Shown here: positions 52,332 through 64,000 of the stretch, piece by piece
Layout: each line of letters opens with the position of its first letter
Position numbering within the stretch: position 1 is the stretch's first letter
Assembly (NCBI GenBank): GCA_011109175.1
Contig: RDEW01000001.1
Location: 1,564,360 to 1,628,359 of the forward strand
From: Dicyema japonicum
Taxonomy: Eukaryota > Animalia > Dicyemida
DNA length: 64,000 nucleotides
Direction of reading: 5' to 3'
Notes under the pieces: model-generated
Told to the model about the DNA's origin: nothing
Databases searched by the model: none
Seen by the model: the letters and a program-made list of their open reading frames with translations, nothing else
Position numbers and translations under genes: made by a program

Positions 52332-53399
52332 TTACAGATTTTTCACAATTAGTTCTCTTTATGTTTGGAATGTAATATAATCCATTTATTAGTGTAAATC
52401 ATCTGATTAATCATTACATCTTAGCTATGTGGGTGCTATGTCGAGCATTTTCTAGTTAGTTTCAGAGGATATTTTTAATTTCCTTATAAGACTACTTTAC
52501 TACTTGGGGGTTTGCTCTCTTGTGGTTATTTGCACCTTGAATTAGAATCTCTAGCGTAAATTAAACTGTTTATTAGAAATTTGATCGCATAGTATTTCTT
52601 TGTTAGATAATCTGTGATATTTTCTGGGTAAACCTTTGTTGAATATTTTTGTGTCTACCTAAAAACTTTGTGGAATTGTGGATTAGGCTGATAACATTTT
52701 TAGGAGGAAAAGACTTCCTTCATCGGAATACTATTTAGTTTGTTGTAAATTACTCCCCTCATGGGTAAATCATCTATTCTTTTTGACTTTTTAAATACCT
52801 TGATTATTTTGAGGATGTTCTAAGTGATTTTTAAAGGAATTCTAGTTTGGTATTGCCACGTTCAAATCATAGAGAATTAATCATTTTCATTGTCCTTCGT
52901 ACAAATATGGCTAACTAACATCATAACTAATTCGAGTTACCTTCTCAATATGTCCGCGTGCCACTTTTTGAAAAATGCAAAAAATATCAACAGTATTTCG
53001 ACGGAGATGTATCTCCCACTTTTTATGGAAGCACATTAACAAATTAAGATAACACTTCATGTGAAGCAATGCAGACTTGTCCGCATTCAATACCGGTGTT
53101 TCTCAACTGTGACCCTCGCAGATGAGGATGTCTAATTAAGTGTATCAAGTTTGTAATGTCATACAAGTCCATCCAGAACCAAAGGTAAAAGACGTTCATT
53201 CATTGCAGTTGTGGAGACCCAGGAGGAGGAAAGAAAATGATCCTTTTCGTCCATCCTGGCACTGGGCGCCACGGGAGATAGATGGATCACATGACACAAC
53301 TCTATTTGACAAAGAGAGAGGAGGAACATACAAAAAAACAAAAATCTTTAGTAGTCACATGGCACCACGTTGCCTTACTTCGATAGTTCTCATTACCAT

Positions 53400-54430
53400 A
53401 CGAATGAGTCTTCTCTCAATCCGCAGAGGAATCCGATTGATGAGAGGAACTCTTTAACGTTCATTTTGCCTTGAAATAGACAGTCGGAGTGGGTTTCCAT
53501 CTTCCTAACAGACGCAAAGGAATCCGGATCTGAACTACGGGGTTGTAGCTTCAGAGATGATGGGTTAACTGTTGATGCAATATGAGGGCCCATCATATGA
53601 ATTGTTTTTCAGTATATTTGATTGAGTCTGTGGATCGTAGTCTCCGATAACGTGAATCTCCACGCAACAGGCATACTTTACACTTTACTCGATCGTTTTC
53701 CGGTAGAAGGTTGCAACAGACAATCCAAATTCAAAGGGATCCTATGGACAAGTAAACGTACAACGTTCTGAAGGCCTCTAGTGAGGACTTATTTCACATG
53801 GAATTTGAAATTCAATAGCCTGTCGTATGTTAAACCGAAAATTAAGAGACCTTGTTACCGGTATCTGAACAGATCCAATGAAAATTCTTGGTTTTTATAT
53901 GGAACGAGTGGTCTGAGGTAAATAAAGTAAAAGTCGATTTTGCTGCCAAAATCGTAAGACGGTTGGCAATCAACCAATCGTAGACAATAATCACTTTCGC
54001 CTGGGAATCAGAGCTGCGACTTACGTCGAACGATTTCGTGGTGCAATGAGTAAAACATCCGTGTAGGAGTGACAGGAAGTCTTCGTCCCCGTCAGTTGGT
54101 AAGTCGTGGAAAAATTGGTTTAAAAAAGAGCGGAAAACCCTGGGGTACCAGTAATCGTGACCTTGATCTGAGGTGACCACAGATGACTTTCCCCGTATTT
54201 CAGAGAGAAAGTTACCAACCACAACTTTAGATTTGGATGAACTTTTGAGGCAAAAATCTTCCCAATGAGAAGTTTCCTCTGGACTGTGTCGACCACCTTG
54301 TTTATATCGATGGAGACCATCGTGGTACACATGTGTGGTAGCTGTATGAAGCAGGTTCTCCCTCCGGTTTCCCAGCCTTCAATATTAGTAAGAAAGTTTT
54401 CTAAATCTTGTGGATAATATTGCTTCATAA
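53400..54430 (-). mobile_element. Degenerate LINE RT fragment
   Basis: MVSIDINKVVDTV, PRVFRSFL, DWLIANRLTI and KSTFTLFT. Confidence 0.65.
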
Positions 54431-54596
54431 GTAAATTAGGGCAGGCATGTCAAACACGTGGCCGCACGGAGGATTGTTATAGTCGACGACATTGGACGCT
54501 TATCCTCTCATCATTCAAATGAGACCACCAGAGAAAAGCAGTGGAATTCTGTCAATGACGTCAAAATGACAGGCCGCGGTTATAAGCGTTCTAAAT

Positions 54597-55396
54597 CAGT
54601 GTTTCTTAACGTGGTTCCCAGAAAATTTTAGGTGGCCCCCAGAAATATTTTTAGGTCAATTAATTTTTATGACTAAAAAAAATTATTTAATTTTTATTAT
54701 TTATTCGCATAAGAATATTTAATTAATTTTATTCCACGTGTTTTTTTTGTTCTTTGATTGTAATGGTTAATGGATTGCTTCTTATGTCCAATATGGATTT
54801 ACCCAATATACTGGATCTGACAACGTCGATAAAGCGCAGTGTATGATATGCGACGTCACAATTGGAAACAACTCTTTGAAGCCTCACAATTAAAAAGACA
54901 TAAGGAAATTGCGACTTGGATAATCACCCTTTTATTCCGGAAACCAATAAATTAATTTACGACGGCCAAAAAATTGATTTCCAAGAACAGTTATTGCATT
55001 GCGAAATTCGCAGTTTTGCAAGTTGACATTTAATTCGCTTTCGATTATGGAATTCTGGATTTCTGTTATTAATGAATATCCAATCTTAAGTAAAAATGCA
55101 CTGGAAGTGACAATTCCACCCACATATTTATGTGAAATGGCAATATCTTGTTATTTTGAAAAGTAAAGTTCGCAACCGACTTAAGTGGAAGACGATATGA
55201 GAATGGCACTTACCAACATTGTACCAAAAATTGAACAGCTAGTTTCTGAAAAGCAGGATCAAAATTCACACTAACTCTAAATATTATGATTTTTTAATTT
55301 TGTTAGTTTTTTTTATTAAATTGTTTAGTTACATGTGGTCCCCATAAAAATTCAACAGACTAAAGTGGTCTCCAGTCAAAAAGTTAAGAAACACTG
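54597..55396 (+). mobile_element. 800-bp non-autonomous hAT element with a perfect 8-bp TSD
   Basis: TIRs CAGTGTTTCTTAAC / GTTAAGAAACACTG. TSD TTCTAAAT at 54589-54596 and 55397-55404. Remnant EFWISVINEYPILSKNAL...TYLCE (hAT dimerisation domain). Confidence 0.93.
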
Positions 55397-55561
55397 TTCT
55401 AAATGGTCAGAAGACGTTCATACACTTAAACTTTACGCTTGCCTTTATATACAAACGTTCCAGAATAAAGATGCTGTCATGCATTGCGTGCTTCCACGTG
55501 TTTGGGGAGCACTGATCGCTTACGTCCATAACATGGTACTGAAATCCCCTTCACCAAATGT

Positions 55562-55856
55562 CAGAAGATCCTGAGCGTGACACTGGATACACACTTATGT
55601 TTGTCACCACACGTGGCAAACATTGTTCTGAAGTGCAAGAAGACTTGTGGGAGACATAGAACCGGACCGACTACTCTGGAGGCCCTCATTAAACAAAACT
55701 CCGGCATGCGGGAAGGTGGCCCTGCAAATACAGTCAGCCGTGGGTACGAGGGAGGAGCACCGGGAGAGAATGAGGATTTTGGCGGAGCGCATCGGGATCA
55801 CGTGATAGTTAGTTTTGGTTTTACCGTGGTCTTGGGTGTTAAATAAAATAAAAAAT
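55562..55856 (+). mobile_element. Internally deleted LINE 3' fragment
   Basis: KILSVTLDTHL; near-identical to 12128-12355. Confidence 0.8.
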
Positions 55857-56645
55857 AGAGCTCTGCTCAAACTGACCCCATTTAGAATGACATCTTCACA
55901 TTCATTATATAATTAGCGAGCGTTATGTGGTTCGCCGTTCCTGGTGGCGCCAACTGTGGAATTAGTCAATCATTTGCTTACCCCAATCCAAGAAAAATGC
56001 CTCTCTTGGACGGCTCTCTCAGTAAGAATGACATTTTCAGCTGAGAAGGAAAGGAAACTTGAAAAAGAAAGACGGGTATTTAAGAAAATGGAAACTACAG
56101 TACTTTCGTACAATGGAAGAATACATTGCTGAGTTTGCAATAACTGCAGTGCCAGACCAAAAGAGTACAACTGAAAAAACAATATGAAACTGCGTCATCT
56201 AAATTTGAACACTTTTCTACTGCTATTGAGACCGTTGACATCATTGGAATGCAGAATAACATAAAAAAACTCGTTACTAATTAAACAGGGAGAAGCCAAT
56301 GAGTTTGTCCTAGTTGGTTGGGTCTGGTATAACGAGACACAATATGTGTAATCTTTAAGAGAACCCTTCGAATTCACACATACCGAGATATTGCAATCGA
56401 TCCATACATTTGATTGCTTCAGTATTAACGCAAAATTTTGACTTCTGCTGTTCACAATCCAGGATACAGTACATTTTTGAGAGATAAAACTTTATCTCGA
56501 CGCCAACACTTAATTTTTCCAATATGATTTGAAACTTGTTTCCAAGAAATGGATTTATTACATTTTCCGATGATTTTATGGGTGCAATTTTCGTCGGATC
56601 CCATCTGTCACCAACAACACAAAAAACTCAAAATTTAATTATAAA

Positions 56646-57700
56646 TACCGCATTTGTCAATGTACAAGTCGACTCCCAACTATTTACTTTGTACCTGTGA
56701 TATACGCGCCGAGAGAGACTAACAATGAACACTCTTAGAATGTGATTTATTTTTAGTTAAAAAACAATAAATTAGAATTATAAAGTCCTTGCACAGAGTT
56801 CAAAATCCGTCTTCATCGTCACTATTTTCAAAAAGCTCGTTCCATTCATTTTCGTTTAGTCTGTCGTCATAAAAGGCATCTTCTTGGTCTTCTTTATCCT
56901 CTTATTCTTCCCTGATAAGGTCGTCTTCTGTCCCATCTATGGCGTTAGAAATGCTGCATTTCTTAAAGGAGCGTTCTACAGTAGACAGCGACACATAATC
57001 CCACAACTGTTTAATCCATCCTGTGATTATTTCTAACGAGGGTGCTTTCATGGCTTCCTCCTTTAGTAAACTGCTTCCCGCCTTCTATCATCCAATTACT
57101 CCAATTTCCTCTCAATCTGTCTTTGAACGGCTTGTTCAAAGAAACATCAAGTGACTGCACAACACTTGTTAGTCCACCAGAAATAACGGCGACATCAGTG
57201 TTGTTGCATTTAAGTTTTCTTTTGACGGAGTCCACTAGATGGGCTTTGAAAGAATCCCATACGAGAAGACTTTTCTTCTTTAACATTTCTCCAGGTAGAG
57301 AGTTCCATGCTTTTTCTATCCAGATCTTGATTCCCTCCTCATCCATCCTTTTGGATAACTTAAATTACTACACCGAAAGAAAATTGTCCTTTCGGTAAAG
57401 TTTTTCTCTTAAAAACGACCATCGGCTTCAGCTTTGTACCATCAGCTAAGCAGGAAAGAACAACGGTGAATCTAGACTTTTCGTGGCCTGTTGTTCTCAC
57501 AAGAACAGTTTTTTCACCTTTGGCAGATACAGTTTTCTATGTAGGCATATCAAACCATACCGGTGTTTCGTCCATATTTCCGATTAGCACATTTGTTTTT
57601 TGGCATCACTACTAGCTGTGTTGAATTGCGTTTTCAATCTCTTACTAGTTTCTAAACCTTCTTGAAGCAGCACAGTTGGACGATATTCGAAGAACAGGGC
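56646..57700 (-). mobile_element. pogo/Tigger-like (POGK-type) DDE transposase remnant
   Basis: MDETPVWFDM, TTGHEK, LLVWDSFKAHL, GGLTSVVQSLDVSLNKPFK and SFKKCSISNAIDG. A TA-CCGCATTT terminus-like sequence lies at 56646. Confidence 0.88.
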
Positions 57701-59279
57701 TATTGCATGATCAATTAGAGACTATAAGATTAAATTCTTCAAAAATTGAAAATCTTGTGATTTTAATGAATTTAAAAGTAACAATTAAAAAATATCGTCA
57801 ATTCTCCTTTGCATTGTATCGTTACTGATAGAATATTTTTTAGTAATTCGGAAGATTCCCTTTGAGGAAAATGTTTTGTAGACATTTTACATACAACAGT
57901 ATAACACTCTCGACAGTGAGAGTTATATCCTCAATAGTTTGCAGATTTGTAGGTATTTGATGTATTTTTATCATTGTTTTGCTTTAAGTTTTTAATTCAA
58001 TCTCTTTTCCTACTTATTAGGATCGTGTGTTGCAATAAACGAGAGGGAACAATCGCTTTGTTAGAAAACTTAACATCAATAACTTTTTGGTAAAAATAAC
58101 TGGGAAAACGAGAAAATAGGAATTTTGCCTACCTGGTAGAAAGATTTCTTAGTTTTCTGCGCTTCTGTTCAAATCAGAAATATTTACTTTTCAGCGGAGG
58201 TCAATTCTCGTCAACCGGTTCAACCCGTGAGGTGACGAGTACTTTTGGCACAACAAAGTTGTTGAAAAGAATCTTCTTACCTTCTCCCTGGCTAACTCGA
58301 CTGGTGAAGATTACCATTATAAATAATATTCAGCCAATGAATGAAGTGATGTCCGCGACGGTAGGGCGTGTGACGAAAATGAAGGAGGGTGTACCTTCAT
58401 CTCCACCTCTCTTCGGAAACAGAAGCTTGTAATGGACTATTGGAGGATGGATTTAGTCAGTAAATCGAGGTGGAGAATCGTATGGACATAGATCTCCCTG
58501 CAAATATAGTAATGGAAAAAAAACTTTAACAATGATAACAGACCCAATATTAGAAGGAGGTCGAAGGACTCCACTCGAGGATTCAACAAGAATCTTAAGA
58601 TGATTGAAAGAAACTCGAATGTAAAGAAGACCTATTAGACATACGGTAGCATGGAAAGGAAGGCTCGCCGGAAACTTCTGGTGAAGAGGATGTGAATCGT
58701 GTGTCACAAACGGCACTTTAGTTAATATAACATTCTTTGGTTCTGTGAATTTAATAATAATGTCAGTGATACGTCCATATGTCCCAGGTTCTTTAGGAAA
58801 ACCTGACTTTCTACTTATCGTTCAAGTTTTATAGACAGCAATCTCACTCGCTAGAAACTAGACTCCAAGTGAGCCACATGATTGCAAGACCAATGTTTTG
58901 GAGGAACCATTAGGTAATTATTATGAGGTCACTTTTCTTCGTTCCTGCTAACCCTAACCGTAATGCCATCCGATTGATGTGCAGAACTGTATAGTGGTGA
59001 GGCCAAACACTCCTGAGTACATTTCGAAAAGTTATTTTCTCCCAAAGTAACTTTCATGCACTTATAACAGATGATCCTCCAAGTTCTTTCAACTATGTGT
59101 AAGGCAGGATTGAACTAAGATCCCATAGTTCAAAACTATAGGGTCAGTCACTTTGTTCAAGAGGAAGATGAGGAGAATGGAAATGAGCTCAAACTATAAG
59201 GTAACTCAAATAATATGCTTGTTACCTAAATATTAACGTTTAAGTTAGCCTATTCATCAATCCCATACAATACCAAACA

Positions 59280-59700
59280 CATGGAAGAATTCAATAATTA
59301 CACCAATTCTCAAGACTGGGAATCAAAAGACAATCCATTCTCTTACCGCCCAGTTTCCATAACTTGCGTCTTGTCAAATGAGATGCTTGTATTAAGATTA
59401 ATCTCCCCTGTTCTACAATTTCCAGAATTTCAACATAACTTCAGAGCAGGCCATTCTAAACGACTCACTTGGGATCTGTCTCCCAGTTCATCACAGATGG
59501 CTTTAACGTGAAGACGTACTTACGGATGACTCTGGTATCAATCAGAAAGCCTTCGACTCTGTTTCGAGGATACTCCTAACGAGATCTTTAATTAGAGTTT
59601 ACCATTCGAACAGATTACTTAACTGGCCGACATAGAAGAGTCCGAATTGGAAAAAATACTTCAAAATCAGGACTAATCCAAATGGGGTCCCATAAGGCGT
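59280..59700 (+). mobile_element. LINE RT fragment
   Basis: SYRPVSIT, QHNFRAGHS, KAFDSV and NGVP. Confidence 0.75.
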
Positions 59701-59779
59701 TGGCGGAACATTTAAGTAGCATACGCGTGATGTTGAAGACTGAGATCTCTAAAGTAAAAATAAACATATATTGAAATTT

Positions 59780-61746
59780 TTTTCAGTTTCTGTGAGCTTG
59801 TTCTTTAATTGAGCACTTTTTTCTTGCATTTCTTTAAATTTAGTCCGAACTGTCCTTATAGACATGCTCAGAGCATTTTTGAGTCATAAAGACCCCCCTA
59901 TACTGAGTCTTATCGGCCTAACTTGGTGTCCTTCAAATCATCCAGACAAAAAACCATCAAAAATCACACGATCACAATCCATCGAGTTGGCAACTATTCG
60001 AACAACCCAGGCAACATTGGCGGCTTTGAGTAACCATTTGATCAGACTTGACAATGAAGTAAGAGACTAATAATAACTCGAAATCAAACCTTGATCCAGC
60101 AGTGACTTTCACCGTTGTGACTTTCTGAGCAATCAATACCGATAACAGTTCCGTAGAAGTTCTTCGATCCAACCTGCTCCACCACTTTTAGGACACTGTC
60201 GATTCCTTTTAAAACGATCTAAATTAGTATAAAGACAACTTTTGTATAAATGATACTCATTAGTTGTTGGGTTACCTCCAATTCTTCTATTTGATCCACC
60301 CCCTGTTGGATACCATACTTTTGTCTCCATAAACTACTCCGTTCTGTATAAAATTCAATCCCTTTTCGTTTCAACTCCATAAATTTTGATTCCCCACTAT
60401 CTATCAGACTTCTTTGGACAGTGTTCTCCCTTCGGTCTACTAATTTTTAGTTCAAACTTTTCTAGTTTGGAGGAATCCAACAGAATTTCCCAATCTAACT
60501 CCGATGCCTACTTCAATTTATCCTCCTCAATCTTTATGCGTTGACACAACTCCCGGTTAATCCACAAATCACGTTCTTCAACAGTGGCAAACTTATTGGC
60601 TCTCCCTTCCTGCCATACAACTCCCTTATTTGAGCTTCGGCCTCATCGTGTCTGCACTATATCACCTCAACAAACGGTTTTCTCTCCATCCTACATAGGC
60701 CTTCAAATATCGGAAGAATCTTCGTAAGGTTCTCTTCAATAGTCCTTATATCCAGGGAAATCTGTGTCTGATCCCTCATAAGGTTTCATCTTTGTTCCCA
60801 TTCAAACCTCATCTTTTCTTCAAGGTCTGCTAATTATAATTTCATTTTAGTCCGTGAACGAGTCCTCTCGGAATTCTCCATCATGATAATTTCCCTTTCG
60901 TCCCTCAAAAGGGATATTTCTGCGTCAGTTTCTTTCACACCTTTAGGGGAAATCTGAGATTAAGCAGTAAATTATAATAACAGATTCCATACATTGTAAT
61001 CTAATTTTCTCTCCAGCACAGTTACTCTACGTTGACTCTCATCTAAGAGTTCATTCACTTTTTTTGCTCTTCCACTAAAATAGAAACAAAGGATACATGC
61101 TTCATTCATTAGAGACTCACTCTCCGTCCGATTATTGTCGAAAACCTTAGTCTCAGCAACTTCCATTAGGATCTTCATTTCTGGGAATCAAGAGAAGTGG
61201 CAATTTCGATCTAGTCATATTACTTACTCTCTGCCTTTCTCTTTTTGGCAATGTAGTAACGATTACATCAAGAAAAACCTTGGTTTAAAAAGGTTGATGG
61301 TCTCATTTTACTATGATCTAAGAGAAATTGAGTAAGAAATGTGTTTCTTGTCAGGAAAAAACTGGTTCAGCTTAGAAAAGATAACCCACCGGATAATAAC
61401 ATTGTTTTTCTCAATCTAAAGAATTAACAGGGACAACTGCTGTCGAGGATCTTCTCTATATAGGCAGGAAACTGTCTGTCTCTATTGCCCTCGTGGATCA
61501 TATTAAGCCATTAACTCGATTTGAGGGAACCAAACTCTTCGCTGAGCAAAAACTGAATTACTGAAAATATGAAAATTCGATCAACCCATGAAAAATCGTT
61601 CTTACCAGAGCCATTTCTCCAACAATAATGTTGTTGTGTGGACTAAAGGAATCAATGGTCACCAACCCCTTGTAGCTCTTAATGGCTGACAATATGTTAA
61701 GTAGCGCCGTTGTAAACTTTAATAGCTTATCTTGACTGCCGATCAA
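59780..61746 (-). pseudogene. SMC3: Degenerate SMC3 (cohesin) copy covering the N-terminal ATPase head to the hinge
   Basis: KSYKGLVTIDSFSPHNNIIVG-NGSGK, IQFLLSEEF, KILMEVAETKVFD, ELYGRKGRANKFATVEERDLWINREL and VKVTAGSR. Tiny introns are retained. There are in-frame stops and multi-codon deletions, and no C-terminal half. Confidence 0.75.
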
Positions 61747-61869
61747 AGTAAAATATGATAATTTGGGTTTGTCCGTTTTTCGGTTAAGTTTATTTTTTTC
61801 ATTAATAAAATTTTATTGAAGAAAGAAAATATTTTTTCATGTACTATTTCAGAAAATAAGTCCTCTGAC

Positions 61870-62775
61870 TGCATCGAACAATGAAGTTCTCTTCACAATA
61901 CGTAATTTTTGCCCTGTAGCAGTGGTGGGGTCGACGGAATGAGACCTAATCATCTGAAAGATCTAACCTCTATATCCATAGGAGACCAGGGACCTCGTCT
62001 TAAGAATTCAATTACTTCACCTATGAACCGGAGTACTTTCCGAGGGTATCCTATGTCCTGTTCTCCGCCAATTTGATAGCCTTCGATAAGAAGGGCGGCG
62101 GAGTACGGCCGTTCTGGTTCGTCTTCAGAAGGCTGGCTGCTTAGATTGCCTCCAAACATTCTATTCCACTCGTCACACAATTCTTGAACCCACCTCAAGT
62201 AGGCGTCGATGTTCGCCTGAGATGGGAGAATCAGGGACAACTTAATCTTTTCGTACTCCGGAGTTCAACATGGAGATCCCCTTAGACCCCTATTGTTTTG
62301 TCTTTGCAGCAGAGAAAATCACCAAGCTTCCGCGCTAGCCCCTCAAGCAATGGTATCTGGATGATGCGGCCCTCAGATGACCCCCAGATGCTGTTTTCCA
62401 GGATATGGAGGTGATGATTCCAGCATTGGAATTAAATTACACTAAATGCGAAATCTACAATTATGGACTTTCAAAAGAGAAGTATTCAAAAGCTTTGACA
62501 CCCGATGAAGATCTTATATTCCTCGGATCCTCTATCACCATGCATACAATGGGGAGAGCTATACGTGAAAAACGACTGTTAGTTGGAGAGACTATGAACC
62601 ACCTGTGTCTACTTGACGTGCATATGTCATTATTCCTCCTGAAAAACAGTCTCAGTGTACAGAGGCATACAATCCTCCCTTATGTTAACCTGTCCGAAAC
62701 TACTAAAAAAATATTTAAAAGTGCGACCTCAGACTCTTGGATCACACACCTTGACCTAGTTATCTCTCTTCTTTA
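61870..62775 (+). mobile_element. CRE-like non-LTR retrotransposon RT, degenerate
   Basis: SSGGVDGMRPNHLKDL, NLIAFDKKGGGVRP, GVQHGDPLRPLLF, WYLDD, LELNYTKCE and FLGSSI. Confidence 0.8.
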
Positions 62776-64000
62776 AGAGATTCATCTTTGGGCTTCCTAA
62801 ACTGCTTTAAACAATTTATAGGTACGTCAACGCTAACATTTTTGTCATGTTGATGGAATTAAAGTCTTCAAAACACTTGTCTCGTCAAAAAAGAATTATC
62901 TTACTTAGAATAAATCACCAAAATTTAGGGTTGATAAAGGCCAGGATCTGCAAATTGTTATATTTGAATGAGGAATCGCCGAGGATCAATTTACGCCTTA
63001 AACTGAATAAGGATATTGAAATACAGTGGGTTGCAGATTGTCTTCATTACTGGGGGAGTTGAATCCATTTGGATAATTATTTATGACCATTCAGTTCGAC
63101 TCCAGTGGGGAGATGTCCGACGTTGGTTTCTCCACTCAGCAATCGTAGATGGGGCTACATAATGGTTAGTAAAATTGGTGTAACTAAAAATCATGGAAGT
63201 AATGGTAAACTTACAATTTTAGTAAATCAAGTGTAATATATTTCAAAAATTGATTTATTAGTTTTTTGGATTATTAACATAATTGTGTTTCTCGTTTCTG
63301 CATTCCAGATATATTAAAATGTTGATAGCAGGAAAATGTTGTCTCAGACATCCTATTTAGGAAACTGAAGAAATACTCCGTCCTTAGAGATTATTTACGA
63401 GTCATCCCTATCACCTTCATAACTTCTAAAACGGTTGGAAGAATTAACTTAAAAAAGAATCTGATTGCTATTCTGAAATGAGTTATTACTTGGAGTCAGT
63501 CTTTGGTATATGCAAAAGGTGAAATGCCTCTCCAATCTCCAGACTTTATCATGCCAGGTCTGCTTCCTCGATACCTAGGAGATCAGTGTCAAAAAAGCTC
63601 AATTTGTCTATGTAGTCGAGTGGATCAAGACTGAGGCATACTTCCTCGATACCAAAGAAGTTATTGGTCTCACGAAAATCGAAGATTCAGTGACCTAGAA
63701 AAGTATCGAGGTTAAGGCGAAAAACCGAGTTCCAAGGCATAACTTCTCAGACTAGTAAACCATTAGTTCTCCTTTGACATAGACATCAGAAAAGCTCAAA
63801 ACGTGTGAACACTGTTTAAAATCTTTAAATTCTTGAAAACCTCAACATTTCCAGAGATTTACAATTCTGGAAAACCCGTGTTGTGAGTTGACAAAGTTAT
63901 TGCTATGTCTCCTCCTAATATGTTTTTTTGATTAGTGAGATTCTCAAAAGTGTGAGATAGAATACCTTAATAGCCATATATAGAGGGTAATTCTTCTGCA

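Noticed and set aside
204-63062. Most short ORFs in the supplied track as independent small genes
   Set aside because: They are antisense or out-of-frame shadows of TE remnants, or single exons reading into tiny introns.

Overview
Eukaryotic (metazoan) nuclear DNA, AT-rich and roughly half filled with decayed transposable elements. Host genes are invisible to the ORF track because they are broken by ultra-short (about 21-28 nt) GT-AG introns. Splicing them out by hand recovers a La-motif (LARP4-like) gene, mitochondrial aspartate aminotransferase (GOT2), nuclear-encoded ATP synthase subunit c, MRPL45, a BAG6-like UBL protein, COQ2, farnesyl diphosphate synthase, katanin p80, an hnRNP F/H-like qRRM protein and a degenerate SMC3 copy. 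Animal-type genes with such tiny introns suggest a reduced parasitic metazoan such as a dicyemid (inference only). Mobile DNA includes RTE-clade LINEs (one full-length with an 11-bp TSD), many 3' fragments of a second APE-type LINE group, CRE-like remnants, several hAT elements (one with a perfect 8-bp TSD), a pogo-like element, an intron-containing Ginger-like integrase and tRNA-derived SINE-like repeats. The most interesting signals are: length-defined, nearly signal-free introns; a covarying RNA stem-loop that overlaps the 'GIT-stop' end of at least five diverged LINE subfamilies; a conserved 5' GGTGACGT hairpin on RTE elements; a 2A-like peptide in front of a LINE endonuclease; and the ATP synthase c gene, which lies between inverted LINE arms and has an intron-like echo of its own CDS end in the 3' UTR. 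Single-base indels in homopolymers of housekeeping genes suggest residual sequencing error, which limits pseudogene and non-canonical splice calls.
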